Assembly (NCBI RefSeq): GCF_041859935.1
Contig: NZ_JBFLGE010000002.1
DNA length: 64,000 bases
Reading direction: 5' to 3' (one strand)
From: Methanospirillum sp.
GTDB lineage: Archaea > Halobacteriota > Methanomicrobia > Methanomicrobiales > Methanospirillaceae
Shown piece by piece: positions 56,143 to 64,000 of the stretch. Position 1 is the first letter of the stretch, and every line of letters begins with the position of its first letter. Under the pieces are notes generated by a model. That model saw nothing but the letters and a program-made list of their open reading frames with translations, was not told where the DNA came from and made no database searches. Made by a program: the position numbers and the translations under genes.

Positions 56143-57225
56143 ATGGTTGATATCGTAACGGTTGTGGGAGCCCGTCCTCAGTTTATCAAGTGTGCTCCTG
56201 TTTCGAGGGTATTGAGAGAAAAATTTTATGAGTATATTATCCATACCGGACAGCATTATGATCAGGATATGTCCTCAGTTTTTTTTCAGGAACTCGGGAT
56301 TCCTGAGCCTGACATTAATCTTCAGGTAGGATCAGGAGGTCATGGGGAGCAGACAGGGAAGATGCTGATGGGGATTGAGGAGATCCTTCTAAAACAAAAT
56401 CCGCAACTCGTTCTTGTCTACGGAGACACCAACTCCACTCTTGCCGGTGCCTTGGCAGCGGCTAAACTGCATATCCCGGTGGCGCATGTCGAGGCAGGGC
56501 TAAGAAGTTATGACCGTTCTATGCCTGAAGAGATTAATCGGGTGATGACCGATCACCTCTCAACTCTTCTCTTTTGTCCTACAAATCAGGCTGTTGAAAA
56601 CCTGGCAAAAGAAGGTATCTCTCAAAATGTGATGAATACTGGCGATGTGATGGTGGATGCTTTATTGATGATTCGTTCAGGTATTTCTTTTGAAGATCCC
56701 CTCTTAAAGAATCATGGAGTAAAACCGGGCAAATATTTCCTCGCGACAATTCATCGCCCGGTAAATACTGATTCGATAGAACGACTAGGTAATATTTTTT
56801 CAGGACTTGATACTCTCCCCTTCCCGGTCGTCCTTCCCCTTCATCCAAGAACTAAAAATTTGATGAAAGTATCGGGGATTGATGGGAAAAAATTTCAGAA
56901 TATCAGATTTATTTCCCCCCAGTCTTATAGATCAATGGTTTGTTTTATGTCAGAGGCGAAGGCAATAATCACTGATTCTGGAGGTATTCAGAAAGAAGCA
57001 TATATTTTAAAAGTCCCATGTGTTACCCTTCGCAATACAACCGAATGGATTGAAACTGTTCAGGATGGATGGAATATTCTTGTAGATGCTGATATTGAAG
57101 CCCTTCATGCGGCGGTTGATTACTTTTCCACAACAGTTCAAGATGTTCATTATATGCGGTATGGAGATGGTTCAGCATCGCAAAATATCGTTCAACAGAT
57201 TGTAAAATTAATGAAAAATACCTGA
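56143..57225 (+). CDS. wecB: UDP-N-acetylglucosamine 2-epimerase (non-hydrolysing; WecB/WbpI family)
   Basis: 360 aa; VGARPQFIK, YGDTNSTLAGALAA, HVEAGLRS motifs. Confidence 0.9.
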   Translation: MVDIVTVVGARPQFIKCAPVSRVLREKFYEYIIHTGQHYDQDMSSVFFQELGIPEPDINLQVGSGGHGEQTGKMLMGIEEILLKQNPQLVLVYGDTNSTLAGALAAAKLHIPVAHVEAGLRSYDRSMPEEINRVMTDHLSTLLFCPTNQAVENLAKEGISQNVMNTGDVMVDALLMIRSGISFEDPLLKNHGVKPGKYFLATIHRPVNTDSIERLGNIFSGLDTLPFPVVLPLHPRTKNLMKVSGIDGKKFQNIRFISPQSYRSMVCFMSEAKAIITDSGGIQKEAYILKVPCVTLRNTTEWIETVQDGWNILVDADIEALHAAVDYFSTTVQDVHYMRYGDGSASQNIVQQIVKLMKNT

Positions 57226-57232
57226 CTTTTTT

Positions 57233-58444
57233 ATGAAAAAGATTCTCATAATGTCTGAAGGTGATCCAACACGGGATCCAAGGCCGAATCGATTCATTCA
57301 GCATTTCTCTCAAAATAACTCCGTTCATGTCCTTTCAGATTATCCTGTTGTAATGCCCGGAGTAGTATCGTATTCTTTTAAACAATATTTGTCCACTGAT
57401 AATAAAATAAAGAATAAGAAGAATAAGAGAATTAATATTGAGTTTATTATAAAACCCGTTCGCCTTGCACTCGGCATTATGAAAGTTTGGTGGTTTATTT
57501 TTTGTTATTTTATTGGTAGTCTTTCTTTTCTTTATCCGGAGAAAACTCTTCTGGTCAGAAAAGTTGCAAAAAATGATTATGATCTTATCATCTCACATGA
57601 TTTAACATTATTACCCCTCGCTTTCGAGATAAAAGCGCAAAAAACTCGGATAATTCTGGATGCCCGAGAATATCATCCTCTGAATTATCAGGACCAGTGG
57701 TTCTGGAGGCTTGAGAAAAAACCTTTCCTTCTTATGTTGTGCAGAAAATACCTGCATCAATGTGATATGATCCTAACAGTAAGCAGGGGTATTGCAGATA
57801 CGTATCATCAACGCTGGGGAGTTAGACCAGAAGTTTTTATGAGTCTGCCCGACTCATTTGCGATTATTCCTCAAATGCCTAAAGGGAAGATACATTTGAT
57901 TCATCATGGATGGCCAAGCAGGTCCCGCCAGATTGAGCTTATGATTTACATGATGGATTACGTTGATGAGCGGTTTTCTCTTGACCTCATGCTTCTACCT
58001 GGCACTGATTCATACTGGGATCAGTTGGTGAATCTGGTAAGCACCAGAAAAAATGTTAGAATCATCCCTCCCGTAAAGATGCAAGATATTATTCCTACCA
58101 TAAAGAAATATGATATTGGAGTTTTTATTGTTCCACCAGTCAATTTAAATTTGAAATATTCACTTCCAAATAAATTATTTGAGTTTATCCAGGCAAGATT
58201 AGCGGTCGCTATTGGCCCCAGTCCTGAAATGCAGGAGATCGTGAAAAAATTTCATTGTGGTCTGATATCAGAAGATTTTTCACCAAAAACAATGGCTGAA
58301 CTTTTGAATCGTCAAACAAATGAATCAATATTTCTATTAAAAATGAATGCGGATATTGCAGCAAATGAACTAAATAATGGTAAGAGTTTTAATGCTTTGG
58401 AGTCGCTTTTGAAAGACCTCTGGAAACCGGATATGAGAACCTAA
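57233..58444 (+). CDS. Glycosyltransferase, GT-B fold (GT4-like)
   Basis: 403 aa; C-terminal half has the GT4-like sugar-donor motif region (..PNKLFEFIQARLAV..). Confidence 0.55.
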   Translation: MKKILIMSEGDPTRDPRPNRFIQHFSQNNSVHVLSDYPVVMPGVVSYSFKQYLSTDNKIKNKKNKRINIEFIIKPVRLALGIMKVWWFIFCYFIGSLSFLYPEKTLLVRKVAKNDYDLIISHDLTLLPLAFEIKAQKTRIILDAREYHPLNYQDQWFWRLEKKPFLLMLCRKYLHQCDMILTVSRGIADTYHQRWGVRPEVFMSLPDSFAIIPQMPKGKIHLIHHGWPSRSRQIELMIYMMDYVDERFSLDLMLLPGTDSYWDQLVNLVSTRKNVRIIPPVKMQDIIPTIKKYDIGVFIVPPVNLNLKYSLPNKLFEFIQARLAVAIGPSPEMQEIVKKFHCGLISEDFSPKTMAELLNRQTNESIFLLKMNADIAANELNNGKSFNALESLLKDLWKPDMRT

Positions 58445-59242
58445 ATGATGGCGTCAAAAAGGAAAAATAAACCTGATAATATCTCTCTTGTTTTTCAGAG
58501 GATTATTAACACCTATAAGGAAAGCAAACAGGAAATTCATGATTATAAAGGGAGTGAAATATCGGTATCTTATATAGAGAATTATTACTTCATCAGCTAT
58601 CCAAGATTTTATCTGGTATATAGTCTTGTTTCCTCATATTTGTCACAAGGCTCTTCAATATTGGAGGTTGGCCCGGGTTATGGTTTCATTCTCCTTTCTC
58701 TAAAAGATGCAGGGTACACAGTAAAAGGTGCTGAATTGGATGTTAATATTCCTGCCTATTCTCGAACTCTCATCCATGAGGGTGTACCGCTTTATCCATT
58801 GAACATTGAACAGGATGTAATCAGCGATGAAATCCAGGGAAATGATTTAATAATTGCATCAGAGGTTCTGGAGCATCTTCACACAAGTCTCATAGTTTCA
58901 GTAGGAAGAATTGCAACAATGTGCAAAAATGGAGGGCTGATTCTCATCACAGTGCCAAATATTTATCGGTTAGAGAATTATCTGAAAATTTTCTTTCGGG
59001 AAAATATCTGTGAGGATTTCCCCTCCAATAGTCATTCCGATATTGCTCAACAAGTTGATCTTCGGACTCATCCAAGAGAACCCACGATGAAAGACTTGGT
59101 TCGGGCAGTAGAAGGTAATCACCTTGAAATTGTTCGAAAAGGATATTTTTCTTCCTCTCTGATGGCTAAATATCCGATTTTAGCGAAATTAATTCCGCCC
59201 CCCTTGAGAGAACACCTGTTTGTCCTTGCAAAAAAGCCTTAA
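58445..59242 (+). CDS. Class I SAM-dependent methyltransferase
   Basis: 265 aa; motif I ILEVGPGYGF and an acidic loop after beta-2. Confidence 0.7.
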   Translation: MMASKRKNKPDNISLVFQRIINTYKESKQEIHDYKGSEISVSYIENYYFISYPRFYLVYSLVSSYLSQGSSILEVGPGYGFILLSLKDAGYTVKGAELDVNIPAYSRTLIHEGVPLYPLNIEQDVISDEIQGNDLIIASEVLEHLHTSLIVSVGRIATMCKNGGLILITVPNIYRLENYLKIFFRENICEDFPSNSHSDIAQQVDLRTHPREPTMKDLVRAVEGNHLEIVRKGYFSSSLMAKYPILAKLIPPPLREHLFVLAKKP

Positions 59243-59293
59243 AATTAATTTTTATGAAAAATCCTTATAAATACAGCATCTTATTGGTGATTT

Positions 59294-60385
59294 ATGAAAC
59301 AGACATGTAACCGATGTATTCTTGATGACAGTTTTCCAGGTATATTTTTTGATAATCATGGTATCTGTAATTATTGTAGGAGTTACGAAAAAACTGAAGC
59401 AAGATTTCATGATAAAGAGAAAAACCTTAAGCGATTTGAAGAAATCGTAAAAATTGTTAAAAGGGAGGGAAAAGGTAAAGAGTATGACTGCATCCAGGGA
59501 GTGAGTGGTGGAAGAGATAGTACTTACTGTCTGTATCTGCTAAAGGAATATGGTCTTAATCCGGTTGCAGTCCATTTTGACAACAATATGGACTCCAAAA
59601 TAGCGGCAGAAAATATTAAAAAAGTCTGTAAAAAACTGGATGTTGACCTCCATACCTTTGTGGTGGATTGGGACGAATATAAGGATTTACAAATATCCTT
59701 TTTTAAAGCATCAGTCCCTTCAATTGATATTCCAATGGATCATGCCTTTGTCACAGTTTTGTATAACTATGCCATTGAAAATAACATAAAGAATATTTTT
59801 TCAGGATTTAATTTTCGAGGTGAGGGGCCAATCCCTCCCCAATGGACATGTTTTGATGAATCTTTTATAAATGACATTTACAAGCAATTCGGAACAATGC
59901 AACTAAAAAATTACCCTTCAAGGGGTATTTGGGATCTTTTCAGATACCGCTTACACGGTTTACGAATAATCGGACCCCTAAACTATCTGAATGTCAGTTA
60001 TGAAGAAATGATGCCTTTCATGGAGAGTGAATTGGGCTGGAAGTGGTATGGAGGTCATCATTTTGAGTCAATTTTCTCACGGTGGGCGTTTGCATATTAC
60101 CTTCCGATAAAATTTGGCATAGATAAAAGGATTGCGGATTATTCTGTCATGGTCCGTTCCGGTCAAATTAATAGAGATCAGGCTTTAGTATTGATGAATG
60201 AGGATATTTACTCCGCTGAACAGGAAAGAGACGATAGGAGATATATTATGAATAAACTTGGGATCAGTGAAATGGAAATGGAAGAGTATTTATCCGCACC
60301 ACCAAGAAAAAATTCAGAATTCAGGCATCATCCATGGTGGTATAGAAAGTTTTGTAATGGTCTTCTTGGTCCCCGGCATCTCTGA
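59294..60385 (+). CDS. N-acetyl sugar amidotransferase (PP-loop; WbuX/WbpG/PseA-like)
   Basis: 363 aa; N-terminal Cys cluster C..C...C..C; GVSGGRDSTYCLYLL PP-loop; followed by HisH/HisF-like genes. Confidence 0.8.
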   Translation: MKQTCNRCILDDSFPGIFFDNHGICNYCRSYEKTEARFHDKEKNLKRFEEIVKIVKREGKGKEYDCIQGVSGGRDSTYCLYLLKEYGLNPVAVHFDNNMDSKIAAENIKKVCKKLDVDLHTFVVDWDEYKDLQISFFKASVPSIDIPMDHAFVTVLYNYAIENNIKNIFSGFNFRGEGPIPPQWTCFDESFINDIYKQFGTMQLKNYPSRGIWDLFRYRLHGLRIIGPLNYLNVSYEEMMPFMESELGWKWYGGHHFESIFSRWAFAYYLPIKFGIDKRIADYSVMVRSGQINRDQALVLMNEDIYSAEQERDDRRYIMNKLGISEMEMEEYLSAPPRKNSEFRHHPWWYRKFCNGLLGPRHL

Positions 60386-60392
60386 ATAAATC

Positions 60393-61001
60393 ATGATTGC
60401 AATTATTGATTATGGGCTCGGTAATGTTCGTTCCATTTATGCCAAGTTTGATCAAATGGGCTTTCCAGTCAGGACAATTTCCAATCCTTCAGAACTTGCA
60501 TTGGCTGAAAAACTCGTTCTTCCTGGAGTTGGTTACTTCTCTCAAGGTATGAAAAATCTCGAAGATCTTGGTTTTGTGCCTGTGATAAGAAGTATGGTAG
60601 ATGGGGGCATTCCAATTTTGGGGATCTGCCTTGGAATGCAGTTATTAACCGATTGGAGTGAAGAGGGAGATTATCCTGGGTTTTCATTCATCGAAGGGAA
60701 AACGGTGAAGATTTCATCCCCTTCTGATGACACCCTGATTCTTCCTCATATGGGGTGGAATACTATCTCATTTACACAAGAATCTCCTCTATTGAAGGGA
60801 ATTGAAGATAACTCCCGGTTTTATCATGTCCATTCATACATAGTACGGTGTAAAAATGAGGAGAACATCGTTGCGTGTTCCCATTATGGGGTGACGTTTC
60901 CTACAATAATTCAGAAAGGGAACATCTTTGGTGTCCAGTTTCACCCGGAAAAGAGCCACAAACAGGGACTTAAAATCCTGAAAAATTTTGCGGAGTATTA
61001 A
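60393..61001 (+). CDS. Glutamine amidotransferase, HisH-like (WbuY-like)
   Basis: 202 aa; GICLGMQ nucleophile elbow; HPEKS C-terminal motif. Confidence 0.85.
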   Translation: MIAIIDYGLGNVRSIYAKFDQMGFPVRTISNPSELALAEKLVLPGVGYFSQGMKNLEDLGFVPVIRSMVDGGIPILGICLGMQLLTDWSEEGDYPGFSFIEGKTVKISSPSDDTLILPHMGWNTISFTQESPLLKGIEDNSRFYHVHSYIVRCKNEENIVACSHYGVTFPTIIQKGNIFGVQFHPEKSHKQGLKILKNFAEY

Positions 61002-61002
61002 C

Positions 61003-61794
61003 ATGCTTAACAAAAGGATAATCCCCTGTCTTCTTTTGAGTGGTGGAATGATTGTTAAGACGATCCAGTTTGTGAATCCCCGCCATATCGGAGAACCGAT
61101 ATATGCCATCAAGATCTTCAACGATTACGAGGTCGATGAACTTTTCATTGTAAATATTGACTCGTCAAGAAAGTTACTGGATACCCCAGATCAGGTACTC
61201 GATCCCCCTTTTGATCTGATCTCCATGATCTCTGATGAGAGTTGTATGCCGGTCTGTTATGGGGGAGGAATCAAAACGATCGACCAGATTCGCCTACTCT
61301 TCAGGTCAGGGATAGAAAAGGTCTGTATCTGCACGGAAGCAGTCAGAAGGCCTGAGTTCATTCGTGAGGCTTCTTCCACCTTTGGCTCGCAGAGTATCGT
61401 TGTAGCCATTGATGTTAAGAAAAATAATGCCGGTGAGTATGAATTATGGTCGCATGGTGGAGGTTTGAAATCCGGGTATGACCCGTTTTCGTTTGTCCAG
61501 CTCATGAAGGAGATGGGGGTTGGGGAAATTTTGGTTAATTCGATCGATAGAGACGGATTAATGGGGGGTTATGATATCGAGCTAATCTCTGCAATATCAA
61601 AATGTGTGAATGTCCCCGTTATTGCTCTTGGGGGGGCCGGATCAAACAATGACTTTGTTTCTGTCCTGCGAGATGGAGGTGCTCAGGCTGCTGCAGCTGG
61701 AAGTATCTTTGTCTATTTTGGGAAAAAGAAAGCTGTACTTATAAATTACCCTGAAAAGGATGAAATTGCTGCTATTCTTAAAGAATCATCATGA
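61003..61794 (+). CDS. HisF-like cyclase/synthase subunit (WbuZ-like)
   Basis: RIIPCLLL N-terminus and GAGS..D motifs of HisF-fold proteins. ATG 61003 follows the hisH-like stop; the ORF track starts at TTG 60988. Confidence 0.85.
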   Translation: MLNKRIIPCLLLSGGMIVKTIQFVNPRHIGEPIYAIKIFNDYEVDELFIVNIDSSRKLLDTPDQVLDPPFDLISMISDESCMPVCYGGGIKTIDQIRLLFRSGIEKVCICTEAVRRPEFIREASSTFGSQSIVVAIDVKKNNAGEYELWSHGGGLKSGYDPFSFVQLMKEMGVGEILVNSIDRDGLMGGYDIELISAISKCVNVPVIALGGAGSNNDFVSVLRDGGAQAAAAGSIFVYFGKKKAVLINYPEKDEIAAILKESS

Positions 61795-63849
61795 AATTAT
61801 AGGTTCATTGAAGGAGTATTCTCTCGTGATATCTGTATCAATATTGACATGAAATATGTCCATCCATAAACCGAATACTAAAATTCTCCAAATCATATGA
61901 TCAAAAATGATCTCATTCGATGTCATTTTATCAAATAATTGAATTGCCTTATCATTTATAATTCCGTGCGATGAATTGACAGCCTTCATGAGTAAATCTC
62001 GAAATTCAACCTTTTTTTCATTTTTCATCCATAGTTCTTCTGATGTCGCAAATCCGATCTTGTCTTTTCTTAACCGAATTTTTTCAGGTAATACTTCTTT
62101 CATGGATTTGCGTAGGATGCATTTGGTCCACCCGTCTCTTAATTTGTATTCTGGAGGGATACTTAGTAAAAACTCCACAAGGCGGTAATCCAGGAAAGGG
62201 ACTCTGGATTCAATAGAATGTGCCATTGAATTTCTGTCTTCATAATGGAGTAAGGCTGGCAGATTTGCTACATATGTAGAGAAATGACAATATGCGGTTA
62301 CATAATCAGGATTATCACCAAGGGTTGTTTGTGGTGGGAGTGAAGGATTATCTACTATTATTTTATTGTTCAGCCAAAGCGGTTCGATTATTTTTTTTCT
62401 TTTTACCTGTAACACCCGACGCCCCAATTCACTATTAAGAAGTAAAAAATAGAGGACATCCCTCATTTGAACTGCCATTGGTAGACCATATAAATGATGT
62501 GATTTGATAAATTCGCGGATAAATCTGGGGAATTTCCCCTTTAATAGTAAATCTCCCTGATATATGCATAAAAATGGGTGATACCCTCCAAGTATCTCAT
62601 CAGCACCCTGACCATCGAGTAAGACTTTTACGCCATGTTTTTTTGCAAGAAGGAAAACACTCCATTGAGCAAAGATACTCGTTGATCCGAATGGTTCATC
62701 TTGATGCCAGATGATATTTGGTAAGTCCTTAAATAAATCATTCACATCTGGGAATACGAATTTACCTTCAATGCCAAGGTAATGATTTACTTCAGTTATA
62801 TAACCACTTTCATCAACTCTCTTATCGATCGAATATGCTGAAAAATTTTCCTGTTTCCCTTTCGATTCACTTGTAGAAAGGATATCTCTGATAATGCATA
62901 CAATTGTCGATGAGTCAAGACCTCCGGAGAGGCATGAGCCAACTGCTACATCTGATCTAAGGTGGATTTTTACTGCATCATGTAGGGATCGCTTTAAATC
63001 TCTGGTACTAGTGTTGAAATCCTTTTTATACCTGATTTTTGGTTTTATGTACCAGTTATATTTCTGTATAACCTTATTGTGGTTGGAAATATCCATGAGG
63101 AATGCTTCACCCCCGCGAAGTTTTCTGACGTTGGTGAAAAATGTTTCATCAGTATGATCTAAAATGCCATGGATTAGAAAATCATAAGCAATTTTATTAT
63201 TTAAGATTGGATTCCAATCCGGAAGATCTGTGAATGCCTTTATCTCCGATGCGAAAGCGATGTAATTCTTTTCATTAATCCAATAATATAATGGTTTGAT
63301 ACCAAATCGATCACAAGAACCAAATAATATGCTCTTTTCAGAATCAAAGAGCAGAAAACTCCACATCCCGTTAAAATAATCTAAGCATGCTCTTCCCCAT
63401 TCTGCATACGATGCCAGAATTACTTCGGTATCTGAGTGGGAGAGAAAAGAATGCCCTTTTTTCTCTAGTTCTTCACGAATTTCCAGGTAATTGTATAATT
63501 CTCCATTATATACAATCCAGTATCTTCCCCTATATGACATTGGTTGATGTCCGGTAGGAGAGAGATCGATAATTGAAAGGCGGCGGTGGCCCAAAGCAAG
63601 TGTGTAATTGTTATTTTCATCACCTGACATGGTCACCTTTGGGCAATATGGGAGATTTGATTGGAAAATATCATCCGGAGTATCTGCTCCTCCATATATA
63701 TTCGGCTTATTTTGCTGCTCTTTTGAATAAAAAAAGGCATATCCCTCATCGTCCGGACCACGATGCCTTATGGTATCACCCATCTTTTTCAGGATGGAAG
63801 GAAGTGGATTTTTCTGATCAATAGGGAGAATTGCAATAATGCCACACAT
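61789..63849 (-). CDS. Asparagine synthase-like glutamine-dependent amidotransferase (AsnB family)
   Basis: 686 aa; MCGI Ntn nucleophile; SGGLDSS PP-loop. Confidence 0.85.
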   Translation of the reverse strand: MCGIIAILPIDQKNPLPSILKKMGDTIRHRGPDDEGYAFFYSKEQQNKPNIYGGADTPDDIFQSNLPYCPKVTMSGDENNNYTLALGHRRLSIIDLSPTGHQPMSYRGRYWIVYNGELYNYLEIREELEKKGHSFLSHSDTEVILASYAEWGRACLDYFNGMWSFLLFDSEKSILFGSCDRFGIKPLYYWINEKNYIAFASEIKAFTDLPDWNPILNNKIAYDFLIHGILDHTDETFFTNVRKLRGGEAFLMDISNHNKVIQKYNWYIKPKIRYKKDFNTSTRDLKRSLHDAVKIHLRSDVAVGSCLSGGLDSSTIVCIIRDILSTSESKGKQENFSAYSIDKRVDESGYITEVNHYLGIEGKFVFPDVNDLFKDLPNIIWHQDEPFGSTSIFAQWSVFLLAKKHGVKVLLDGQGADEILGGYHPFLCIYQGDLLLKGKFPRFIREFIKSHHLYGLPMAVQMRDVLYFLLLNSELGRRVLQVKRKKIIEPLWLNNKIIVDNPSLPPQTTLGDNPDYVTAYCHFSTYVANLPALLHYEDRNSMAHSIESRVPFLDYRLVEFLLSIPPEYKLRDGWTKCILRKSMKEVLPEKIRLRKDKIGFATSEELWMKNEKKVEFRDLLMKAVNSSHGIINDKAIQLFDKMTSNEIIFDHMIWRILVFGLWMDIFHVNIDTDITREYSFNEPIIS

Positions 63850-63858
63850 AGATAGATC

Positions 63859-64000
63859 TCAGTTGTTGATTAATTCAGCAACCATTCCTAAAATAATATC
63901 TTTGTTTTTTTCAGCGGAATAATCATACGCAACTTTATCTGAATTTGATTTGAACTCCTGAATTTTTTCTGGTGTAAGATCCATAATTTTTTCTGCGAGA
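63859..64000 (-). CDS. Open frame ending at 63859; either a 41-aa ORF from ATG 63984 or the 3' end of a gene continuing beyond the window
   Basis: Frame is open to the window edge (..LAEKIMDLTPEKIQEF..LINN*); no family recognised. Confidence 0.25.
   Translation of the reverse strand, partial: LAEKIMDLTPEKIQEFKSNSDKVAYDYSAEKNKDIILGMVAELINN

Overview
This is a chromosome segment from an archaeal methanogen. Gene content and protein sequences suggest Methanomicrobia, probably Methanomicrobiales, but that taxon call is an inference.

Layout:
- (1) 1-6.7 kb: distal part of the ribosomal spc-type cluster (S8 end, L6, L32e, L19e, L18, S5, L30, L15), then secY, adkA, a DUF106 insertase-like gene and cmk.
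- (2) 6.8-15.0 kb: a tightly packed four-gene operon. It holds three paralogous receptor-like membrane proteins (signal peptide, Ig-like module, PEGA domain, TM helix, C-terminal protein-kinase-like domain whose catalytic motifs are degenerate in all three) plus a membrane-anchored TPR protein. I rank this the most novel-looking system in the window.
- (3) 15-21.6 kb: a Zn-ribbon/PP-loop PAPS-reductase-family gene, thiM, an MFS transporter, and an iscS-iscU-TtuA/Ncs6-like-ThiS-like(GG) sulfur-relay cluster.
- (4) 22.0-27.7 kb: the mtr operon (minus strand). It carries a second MtrA domain fused to an MtrG-like C-terminus in place of a stand-alone mtrG.
- (5) 28.1-36.7 kb: an uncharacterised Fe-S/metallocluster-type island. 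It contains a B12-like radical SAM, Mrp/NBP35, two NifX-like proteins, two MinD-ferredoxin ATPases, DUF134, two DUF5320-like proteins, a radical SAM with a wHTH, and a secreted TPR protein. Several of its promoters share a TATA-palindrome-TAATAAT module.
- (6) 36.9-41.8 kb: mcrBDCGA (minus strand).
- (7) 41.8-42.5 kb: a 693-bp AT-rich divergent control region.
- (8) 42.5-64 kb: an AT-richer surface-glycan island.
  - It has two diverged copies of a four-gene diacetamido-uronic-acid cassette.
  - The copies are separated by an IS1-family element (8-bp target duplication, split transposase), toxin-antitoxin genes, a deleted epimerase remnant, gmd and a glycosyltransferase.
  - These are followed by wecB, glycosyltransferase, methyltransferase, WbuXYZ-like acetamidino genes and an AsnB-like amidotransferase.
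  - One acetyltransferase carries a perfect 141-bp in-frame tandem duplication.

No rRNA, tRNA or CRISPR array was recognised.
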